DNA from: Antedon mediterranea
Taxonomy: Eukaryota > Animalia > Echinodermata
NCBI RefSeq assembly: GCF_964355755.1
Contig: NC_092670.1
Location: forward strand, 982,201 to 1,046,200
Length of the DNA: 64,000 bases
Reading direction: 5' to 3'
Shown here: in pieces, positions 41,401 to 53,400 of the stretch
Layout: each line of letters opens with the position of its first letter
Position numbering within the stretch: position 1 is the first letter of the stretch
Notes under the pieces: generated by a model
Database searches by the model: none
What the model saw: the letters and a program-made list of their open reading frames with translations, nothing else
What the model was told of the DNA's origin: nothing
Position numbers and translations under genes: made by a program

Positions 41401-44400
41401 ATTATTATCTGAATAAATTTTATCTGAATCTGAAGATGAAGAGGCAAAGAAAAACGCTACATGTTACAGAATCTATTGTCATTTTTTGGTGTCAATCATG
41501 AGACACAGTCCCTATTAATACTCACCGTCCTTCCAACGAGAAGCTCTTCACCTCCTCCAGTAAAGAGTTACCATCTCGAATGTTCACCTCCCACAGGTGG
41601 AGTGTGTTGTCGTCACATAGTGATATTAGACGTCCCTGAAGAAACAAATTGTCAATTACTCTTAATCACCAGTGGGGTACTGTATACTCATACTTGTAAA
41701 CATTTTTTTTTTGCCGCACAATACAATCGCAAAAAAAGAGTAATTGATGAAAAAAAACTTACTTGATTTGGTAGAAAGAATAGTTGATTGACATTTGTTG
41801 CTTCACTGCTAGTTCCAACAAATTCTACTCCTGGAGCACCAAGACTAATGTCAAAGGTCAAGGACTATAGTTAAAATGTGAAAGCACAAGTAACAAGTAG
41901 CGGCTGTGACGCGTAAGTGGGAAAAAAAGCAATTTAATTTAAAAGAGAAGAGCTGTATTATCTGCAATTAACATCATTATGAATGGGTCAGTAATCACTT
42001 TTACTCTTGCTACGATTCTATGCCGCATTATGCAATTATGAAATCATTTGACAGAACGACAATTGGTTCTTTTGTTTCGCAACATTCATAACTGAACACG
42101 GAGAATTAAAAGGGTTATCCAAAGGGCAATGGGCGTAGATAATGCTGCAGTGTGAATTTGAACACTGAACAAAAGCGCAAAATGCATCAGAAATTTAAAC
42201 TGTTCTCTGCAAGCAATATTTGGTTGATAACAATTTAATATCGATAAATGCCGGCATATTATAAACGTAGTAGAATTCCAGACATATTTAGGTATTCTCT
42301 ACATTTTAGCCTAATCAATAAGATACTGTACACCAGTTTACACGTTGTCTAAATAACACAATATTCTACTTCTAACATTACAGTTTACACTCAAACAATT
42401 AGTTCTTGACAACCAGCTATTGTAATTACAGTATTTTCTCTTTTTTTGAGCATTTATTTCTTCCTCAAATTCTTTCATTCAAAAATCAAACAATACAGTT
42501 GTTCCAACATTTGAACGGAGAGGACAATACAAAAAACAGAAATTATGGTACTGTACGTCCTAAAATCAGTAATCAATCAAACAAACAACAGAATTTAACT
42601 GTTGATGCTGAAAGTAATTATGACACCTGTATTTGTATTAGTATTAACTTAGCAAGATTGACAAACATTTCTAAGAACCATTTATCACTTAATCAATTTT
42701 GTTTGTATAGATCTTACAATCCATTTACAATTGAAATAAAATGTCAACAACAGTAACTAGTTCTGATCCTGTTTAGAGCATTAATGCAGTACATCACAGA
42801 GATATAGTACCGATAACAAGTCATAAAGTAGTACCGATAACAAGTCATAAATTACCTGTATTACATTATAATTTGCAGGATATTGGGCATTAAGTTTTCA
42901 TCAAGTAGATCGTACTTATTAATGATTATGGTAATGAGTACATTATATTTTACTATCTTGTTTTTCAAGTAACATTTTCAAAATAAACTGACGAAATTTC
43001 ACCATAATGCTGCATGAACTCCAACAACATTCAAGAACCAAGAATCATACTACATTATGGGAGTATGTTTCCATACGCATTTGATCCAAAAATGACCGTG
43101 GTAATAAATTACTGTAATTTGTAAAGTGTAATGTACAGTGCTTTGGAGTTGGATAGCCGAGTGGTTAGGATTGAAGTTGGATAGCCGAGTGGTTAGGACA
43201 CTTGACTGTCGTACAGATAGACCCGGGTTCAATTCCCGACAACTCCCAGTCCACTCAGCTGTAAATGAGTACCTGGTTGAAAAAACTAGGGAGAAAAAAG
43301 GCGGCGTGGACAGGAACTGGCCACCCTACCACATAATGCCGAGGCTTAGTACAATGAGCTCCTAACAGCTCATTCCCCCTACGTTCAGAATGAATACGGG
43401 ACTCTCCTTTACCTTTTACAGTGCTTAGAGGTTTCACAACATTTAGGCACTTTATAAATCCAATGATACAATTTGTTGATTTTTTGTTCATCTATGCACA
43501 GTTTTATTGTGATTACTCAAACCACAAACTAATGTGCCAAACTGCTATACTACAAAAAGACCCACGTACCATAAATAATTTCTTCCCAATAAAAACTACT
43601 TACACAATAAGACTAGAGAAATGTAAACGTCGTCTAGGTGTAAATCGTCTACTAAACCGCAATAATCAGATTATTTGGTGACAAATGTAGACTGATTAAG
43701 TTGGCTCATTAATCTAGAAAGGGTTTGTGAAATTACCACAATACTGGTTGGCATTATTATGATGCGCAATTCATTTTACTGCAGTAGTAGTACTATATAA
43801 TTTTTTATACTTATACTTATATACTATCTTGTCTTTGTCCGTTCGTTTTGTGTCCAAAGCAGACCCACCTCAAGATCCTGTATCTTTCTGATGGGATCCT
43901 GCCTTCTTCCTTCCTCCCCCTTTATTCCATTATTGCTTAAATCTTATTTTGAATTGAATTGATCAAATGAGGGATAAAAAGTTTAGTTTAGTACTATACG
44001 TATTAAATATTGTACTGTATATTTGTCAGTTATTTTATCTGTATCTGCATAATGTATAATATATAAAGCTGTTTAAATTAACAAAAACCTATAAATACAT
44101 TAACATTCGCCTACACACTGAACTCAGCATGACCGTTTTTAATGGAAGTGCAACTGACAACGGGCTTAAATTACTTACTGGATAAATATTGACTATAATA
44201 CTCAATAAAATGATTAAGATTCTACAACAGAAACACAGTACTGTACAGTACCATAGTCTATGGCCTGTAATATGAATGTCTATGGCCTGTAATATGAATG
44301 TCTATGGCCTGTAATATGAATGTCTATGGCCTGTAATATGAATGTCTATGGCCTGTAACATGAATGTCTATGGCCTGTGACATGAATGTCTATGGCCTGT

Positions 44401-47400
44401 GATATGAATGTCTATGGCCTGTAATATGAATGTCTATGGCCTGTAACATGAATGTCTATGGCCTGTGATATGAATGTCTATGGCCTGTAATATGAATGTC
44501 TATGGCCTGTAATATGAATGTCTATGGCCTGTGACATGAATGTCTATGGCCTGTGATATGAATGTCTATGGCCTGTAATATGAATGTCTATGGCCTGTAA
44601 CATGAATGTCTATGGCCTGTAATATGAATGTCTATGGCCTGTAACATGAATGTCTATGGCCTGTAACATGAATGTCTATGGCCTGTGATATGAATGTCTA
44701 TGGCCTGTAATATGAATGTCTATGGCCTGTAACATGAATGTCTATGGCCTGTGACATGAATGTCTATGGCCTGTAATATGAATGTCTATGGCCTGTAACA
44801 TGAATGTCTATGGCCTGTAATATGAATGTCTATGGCCTGTGATATGAATGTCTATGGCCTGTAATATGAATGTCTATGGCCTGTAACATGAATGTCTATG
44901 GCCTGTGATATAAATGTCTATGGCCTGTAATATGAATGTCTATGGCCTGTAACATGAATGTCTATGGCCTGTAATATGAATGTCTATGGCCTGTAACATG
45001 AATGTCTATGGCCTGTAATATGAATGTCTATGGCCTGTAACATGAATGTCTATGGCCTGTAACATGAATGTCTATGGCCTGTAACATGAATGTCTATGGC
45101 CTGTGATATGAATGTCTATGGCCTGTGATATGAATGTCTATGGCCTGTAATATGGATGTCTATGGCCTGTGATATGGATGTCTATGGCCTGTCCAATCTA
45201 CAGTATTTTTCAATATTAGAGGTGCACCATTGTGAGGAAGATCAAGTTGGGATTAAACATATATACAGTAGCCACATGTAGACATTGAAACTTTCACAAA
45301 AGGTCATCCCTAATCTTGAGGGAAACAGTACTTCTATAAATTGTAGCTTGCTAATGGTATACGATGACGGCCAATAGCCAGTAGGTTTCAGGGATTTGAA
45401 GCCATTTGTAATGTCACTGAATGTGTCTACTGAAACAAATTTCATTTTTAAACATTTATTTTTTAATAATATATATTATTCAACCATTAGTAATAAATAT
45501 TTTACATGGTAAAATAATTGAATCCAATGGAGACCACTGAATGGCTGTAATCATGAAATTGTTGCTTTTTAATTACAACAATATGAACAACTGCCCTTCA
45601 CTAACCACAAACAATACCAGACATCCTGTAATGAGTAGGGACTAAGCACAGGAGTCAGTTCTTAATTTAAGAAACTGAGAATGGATTAAGTTTTAGTAAA
45701 AATTAGACTACAACATGATTTGTTAAACATCAGCACGATTGATTAAACTACAAAGAAAGATTCAACTATACTTTGATTTTAGTTTTTAACTTGAGACAGG
45801 TGCTGTAAAAATCTAAAAATATTAAGACTGCTAGACAATATTCAATATTGGCAGACTTTTTATAAAATAGCTTAATCTCAAAATCTAAAAAACTATTAAT
45901 ACCAAAGCAAGAACAATTGGTTACTATATATTTGACTTAAATCCTGAATCCAAGCAATCAGAATATTAAAAGAGCATTTGTATTGAAAGAAAGGTTTGTT
46001 TTTCTTTGTGATTTTACCAGATTTCAACAATAAAAATTCTTATTAATTATTTCTTTGTTGTAGTAATCATCTCCAGGGTCGTGCTTAATGATACCGTTCG
46101 CGTTTAATAATAAAGTCACATTGCTTACTAAACAGTATACGGTTTCTTTGTTCAATACCATCTGGATGATTTCATCACTCAAAATCCACTATTTAGTTTG
46201 TTGTCAACAGATGCATGTTGGTTATGCAACAAAAACTAATTACAATTCACAAATACTAGTAGTATACAGTAGTATTAATTAATTTCTTTTTTTCGAATTT
46301 AATTTTTTTTTATAAACATCTTTTTTGACCCCAATTTTAAAAGTATCTACAGTAGAATATGGTACCGTGGTTTTTACAGTATTAATAATTATTAGGTATT
46401 TTCAATATTCAATTTTATTTTTATAGACTATTGTTTGCCAGAACTTTGTAGAAAAAAAGCATTCAAATTGAATCGTCCAATTTTTAGATAAGGTTCTTGA
46501 CGCAACTTGTGTCTACTACAGTATTGTGTGGCCATTGGCAAGATACTGGCAAACATTATTACCTAAAACTAAAAGTTTTAAACTAAACTATAAATATAAC
46601 ATAGATTTATAAAGTAAAACTATTCCTTTATGCCTGTAACTCTGACCAAGGAAAACCTACACACTATAACCTACAGAATGTGTAAATAGCGGTTTGTCAT
46701 AGGATATCAGTCACAACTTACAAACCAACATCCTACCGTATACCACAACTTCTGCATCAAACCAACTTTAACATTTAAAATCATTGTTTTGTTTTTACAA
46801 TATTGAGGTGATCATTGAATGTATATACTGTAGGAAAATTTAATAAAATTAATTACCAAAAACTGTGAATGATGTATATGATAATGTAGCATTTAAAATC
46901 ATATTACACAGCTGAATTCATTTTGTGAAAATCTGTTTAATAAATTGAATAGCTAACACCTACACAAGTTTAAGACATGATCTATTATTAAGGGTGGTGA
47001 TCTATTGCAATATTTGACCTTGACAGGCAGGTAGTTGGAAGCTAAACAAACCCACATACTTCTAGTACTACTCATGCAATATTACTACTGTGTCTTCTTT
47101 TCCACAGGCAAAGTCTAGTCCAAATACACAGATCAAACAAATGCTTTATATTATAAATTACACAAACCAAAAATGGTGTTGGTAATCTAGGTGGCTTCTT
47201 CTGGATAAAACCGACATTGGCCTATACTCTCGGAGAAAAGAGCTACACCTTCAATGGATATATATATAAATATTAATAAACACCCCTATCAGATAATGGT
47301 ACATTCCATGAACCCTGCCCTCAAGTGGGAGCATCTAAATACACTAATATCATCATTGATTTTTGACATGCTTTTATTATAAATGTCGTACAGTAAACTA

Positions 47401-50400
47401 TAGGCACGTACAGTCCACAATACCGCATTCCAAACGCCCTCTCCAACTGTACCCTCCTTTGCTATCTCACGTTCATGACCAATACCGCATTCCAAACGCC
47501 CTCTCCAACTGTACACTCCTTTGCTATCTCACGTTCATGACAAGAATCAGAATTTTATTTGGAAATTTTAGATCAGCAAAATAAAGGGCATTATGGATCT
47601 TGAGATTCCTTTATAGATTGTTGCAAAATTATTTATCGTCACATGAGATTTGATCCAATCAATAATCTCCGTCGGGGCACAAGCACAGGAAGTCATGCAA
47701 GCATTGTCGAAATAAAATCGACGTTGTAAATAGTTCAACTATTGATCTATTTACCGTACAAAAACTCAAACTTGTATCATCCTCAAGATGAATATGGATG
47801 ATTGAATGGCTTGCATTTGGTGCCGCTTCCCCTCATATCCATATTGACGGAAGGATATTTAGTCTTCAAATTTGTTTAATTCTCACGAATGTCACCACAA
47901 AAGTAATAATAATGAACTCATTACATAATAATAAATTTGCAAAGCTGGAGGGAAAAATTTCATTTAAAAATTTTGATTTGAGTCGAGAAACATAGTTTTG
48001 TATTGTATTTTTTGCTACACAATTTTTAGCAATATGAATAAGTTTGTTTTGTATAGCTTTTTACTATGCTACACTGGATAAATTATTCCCTGAGCTGAAC
48101 TGTTGTCTGTCGGTATTGAAATAGTTTGGATTCACAGACAGACTGACCCAATTATTTTACAATATCAAATAATAATTGTCATATAAATCTTTGCATTTTG
48201 TTACAGTAGCTTGGTATTATATACTGTAACTCTTAGCTTGGTAATGGTATATAACTCTCTATATAATTTGACATGATTGATTATAATTGGTTAATTTAAA
48301 GAATTACAATCATGTTGTTTAGGATAATTAATGACTTCCAACATGTCTTGTCTGTGATCCAGACATGGACATACAAGCAGTCTGATGCAGATTCAATGCA
48401 GAAAATGATTACACAGCAGAAAACAAATGTATTGGTTATATTTTGAGATATAATTAAAGGCAAACACTTTGGAAAATCCCAAGTATAAGACGTAATAATT
48501 AAGTCAGTTTGAGCAGTCAGTGAGATAAATTTAACAATAACAATAGGCAAATTTTAACATGTATTGATTTAAAATGCAATGCCTTGCCATATCATGTCTC
48601 TCAAAAAATTATAATAAATAAAAAAAATAACTTTTTTTTTAAATATATTTAAATAGTAACTATGGAGTATACTATAGTACTACAGTAGCAGTGATAACGT
48701 TGGATGGATGGATTCACATACAGTAATGTGATACAGTAATGTGATACAAGGCTACTGAGTAATAAATGATATAATAAGAATAACAATAGATAGAAATGAT
48801 ACTAAACAAACAATGTGATGATTGATTGCATGATGAGTCACAGCGAGACAATTGAAAATCAATATAGACTGACTGACTCACAGCAAACGGTAATTACACA
48901 CAAAATTACAACCAAATTTATATTTCCAAATCTATTTTGGTACAAATTACACTGTTCTCAATCCCAATAAAATAAATCCATGAAAATTTGTCGGGGTTTC
49001 GGCTGAAAAATATTTCATAACTGATTTGCCTACTGTATACAATTGACATGGACAGTGAAATCAATAAACCCATCTACTGCAGTAACTACAATATAGTGTT
49101 GACTCTGGTTATTTTTTTTTTAGCCTGTCTATTATTTTCTTTACTATATAATACTGTAGCAATATTTTTTCTAGGTAATTCCATACTAATTACCATAATC
49201 TGTACAGTATATTGCAACAAAAGCACATTACTTAAACTAATTTCTTTTTACTGCAATAAAATAATTTTTTTAACTTTTTCTTTCATAAAATGAACAGAAT
49301 TCATCAAGGTTGCAACTACATGTTTATCAAACACACAACAATACTGTGTTTAGTCAAACCCAACGCATTATTCATTAAATGGTAGAAACTGTTACAACGA
49401 CAGCGCTAAATTTGACACTTTGCTGCAATTTTCTGTTCATGCGTAGTTTGTCAATTGTTCCAGTCTCGACACCTTTCATCCTCACCCATTCACGAATCAA
49501 TAACAGAGACACTGGCTCGCTTCAGTCCACAAATGAGCCTACTATTTGCTGTACGACTGCATACAGCTGTTACTAACTCAAATGCTTGGCTCACTAAATG
49601 ATAGTTTTACAATTATCTAAGGCCCTGTTCAGACCCATGGCGTTAGACCGTTTTAGCGTACGACGCTAAAAGAATGTGTGTCTGAACAGTTGGGGATTAG
49701 CGTACAACGCGTCGTACAACGGTTGTAGCGTTGTAGTGGAAAACGGTTGATAGTACCGTTTTAGCGTACGACGCTACTGTAAGTCAACGTTGTATCCAAT
49801 CAGAACGTTTCCTGTTATGACGCCAAACAAGGTTTGACCTAGGCTGACATCTTGTATCGTCAATGTGTGAGATGGATTTCAATAACAAAAAGGCCAGAAT
49901 AAATAAGGCCTAACTACACTACAAATACAACTGTTACAAAGGCTACAAACTATTATCAACTGATTACCATTATATTTTCTAACAAATGACATAAATACAT
50001 GCACCTTGTATTTAAACATAGGGACTACGATCCCATCCGCTTTTAGGCCTAGCTAGGCCTAGAGCCATTCACGCATTTCATTCAAGCTAAAAACTAGCGT
50101 GGGACATCAAAAGTCACTCATTCATACAAGGCAGACTAGACTGGACAAGTTTAATGCTGAAAACCCCCTAACTCCTAAAAAAAACAGTAAACAAACAAGG
50201 GGAGCTGTGTCCCTTTTATTAGCAAGTTAAGGGTTATTTTCAACCGACTGGACCAAAGAATATATATCTTTGACTGGACTGGATAGACTAATCTCAATCT
50301 TTTTTTTCTTCATCATTACGAGGACGAGGCCTGCTTTATTTTCGTAACACAAGAGCCTGGGGAAAATGTTTTTTACTACAAAATAAAAACAATAGAAACA

Positions 50401-53400
50401 GAAATTTGACTTTACTATATTTTTCTTAAATAAATGCTGAGGTATGTTTTATTTACGGCAAATTTTGTCATAATATTGTAGGGCTGAGATCTAGGCCTAT
50501 ATACAGTGGAAATAATGATGAAAACACGTGGGTAAGAGCACATGAATATGCAACTAGAAACAACCTGGATGACGTACTTCCGTTGTAACGATAATCGTAC
50601 GCTATGGGTCTGAACACCTCGTTTTTTTCTCTGCGGTTTGTAACGTGACCTTGATAGTAACGTTGTACGCTAAAACGGTCTAACGCCATGGGTCTGAACA
50701 GGGCCTTATATAGGTAATTTAGAATATTCAAAATCTAGAATATGAAATATTGGTCTGATGGCAATTTCCTCAACATCTGTGAACCATTGCAAATACTACA
50801 CAAATAGGTCAAAGGTCACATAATAGATGCTTTTATTAAAGGTCAATGAATACATTTTTATGGTAATATTCATAAATAGTTCATAAATAAACAAATGAAT
50901 TATCATAACCAGACATTGCTATGACAACCTCTTCTGCATCATCTCTCTACTCTTTTGTTCTTTATGATATTGGGAAAACTGCAGTAATAAAAGAATTGAA
51001 TGTAACAGATACTTAAGATAACATGTTCTATTTCATTAGAAACTTTAAAAGATAAAGAGGGAAAAGGCCTATTTACAGGTGGTAAAATAATTAGATCCAT
51101 AACTCACAATATTGTACTCAGTCTCAAAGGGATTATGAATAGATTATGTTTCAGGGGATATCTTGTGACCTTCAGGGTCTTTAAAAAAAAAGACTACTGT
51201 ATCTATGTTTGCACTGAAGTCAAGTCAATTGAAAAAAAACTTTACAATTTACAAATCAGAATTTTGCTATGTTCCAATAAAAACAACATAGCTTCATCCA
51301 AAATAATATTTAAAAAAATGGTTACTGTATTTTATCAGTTTGAAAACAATTTTATATATTACATTATAGTATATTTTATATTATTTTATAGACTGTATGC
51401 TACATTTCTATACAGTATTCTGCTTTTATTATGCCATATACAGTACAAGTATACTACTGTATATCAAGCTGTTAAAAACAATCCTGTGCCTGGGTGACAA
51501 AAAAAAAGAGACAGAACACAATTCATTTATAATTTAAAGTTAATGTACAGGTATTACACAACCAGTCAGTTTGCATGCCTATCTACAACTTTTTTTCCAA
51601 TGTATGGGATGTTATGCAAAGAATACAGTCACTGTACTTTGTATAATAAATCACAAAAAGTGTACAAACAGGAAGCCTATTATTAATATTTACAATTATT
51701 CAATTAAAATATGTTTACAATTGTCCAAAAGTGAAACGGCGCAAACGTTTGCAGACACGGATTGTATACAGGCTACGCAAACAAGTCCAAGAACTCAAAC
51801 ATTGCGTGAAACGAATCGTACTTATCAGCAGACAATAGTTTCATGTGATTGATCTTCATTTTTAGCGGGAAAATGATATTGACATTATGATGCAACAACA
51901 CTGCCAGGATATTTACATTTATTACCATACCAAGTACCAAGCCGGTACATTAGCCAGGGGGGTTCGATTTACCACAAAAGGGGCAAATAATACAACTTAC
52001 TGTAGGCTACTTTTTTAGCATGATATTCAGATTCTGCTGATAATGTCTCTAAATATAGTACAGTAGTTTGAAAAAGGCACTTCAGGTAAAGTGGGGTTCG
52101 TTCAACCCCTCGAATCCACTGGCTATGGGCCGGAGTATTTTTATTTTTCAAATATTTGAACTAAACGGTTTCAACGGCAGCACATGACTAATGTATACAG
52201 AGACAAGATGTTTCTTCGCTATCTTATACTGTAATTTAAACTCTGAAGCTTTTAAGAAAATTAGACTTACCTTAATATAGATTAATGTACGTAATTATTC
52301 CTAAACCAGTATAAAATTTTAAAAAGGATACATTTTAATGATTCCACTTTTGGTACCCAAGGCAACAAGATTTAACTGTGGATCGTAGGCAATCGCTGTT
52401 GGTTTGTGTGGAAATCCATGCTCCACCGTCTGCCAAAAACAACATACTTAATGTAAGGTATTTAATTGCATTTTTAATATTTTATTTTATTGAATGCGTA
52501 AATAATATTATGCTTCTCCCTTGGGAAAGTTTTGAAATAAATAAAATAATTACTATACTACATAAATAATGTACAACTTGCTCCACTCTGGGGTATTACA
52601 GTAAACTTAACTACATAAAAAAATTAATAATTAATTGTTTGGGTTTCAGATGGCAATAAATTACTATAATGTATTATTAGGTTTTGTTTGGCTAATTACA
52701 CATTTTTAAACTAACTATAATATTGTGCATGATACAAATTAATTGAATGAATGTAAAAAATATGACAAAACTATTCAAAATATTCCAACAAAAGATAAGT
52801 ATAGTTAATGCATGAATGATTGTCAATCATTTGTACAAATTCAACAATTTGTTATGGGACTGTGTAACAAATTGATCTAGACACTAGTGCTGTAGCCACA
52901 AGAAATAAAGTGGTATGGTGGTTGCAAGAAAATGGAACTATTTTAGTACTGTATGGGACACATGGCTGTCAAAAGCCTCGTGTGAAAAAGTGGTCAGGTC
53001 AAAACCTTACCAACTGTATTGCCGTGGTTACGGCCCTGTACTCAGTAATCGTGTAATTGTAATGTTTGGGATGAGTATAATGTAAAATATTATCAATGAC
53101 CAAATTTTATTGGTCAAAATAGACTTGTTGCAGTTTAGTACATTTTAATAATGATAGTTATGAATTGGGTTTACTGTGAATGTATTGGTGGGTGGCAATT
53201 GCAGGTTCTAATCCAGTCATGCTTGGTTGCTGGTGGTAGAAATATATACAATTAGGGTCAATTCAACCAAAGGATGATTCGTTTTGGTTGATTGTGAGAC
53301 ACTTCAGACTGTGGACTGAAAAATTCTGTTTTAGGCAGACAAAATGGTTAATAATTAATATGCATTTTTGGTACTGTATACTAAACCTATCTAGTTTTAA

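Larger units (their letters stand above)
41845..52331 (-). other. U12-type (minor spliceosome) GT-AG intron, LLGL intron 2
   Basis: 5' splice site GTATCCTTT (52331-52323); branch site TCCTTGAC (41864-41857) 12 nt before the exon; no real polypyrimidine tract. Confidence 0.92.

Noticed and set aside
44276-45192. 22-bp array as a CRISPR array
   Set aside because: There are no spacers; it is an intronic minisatellite.
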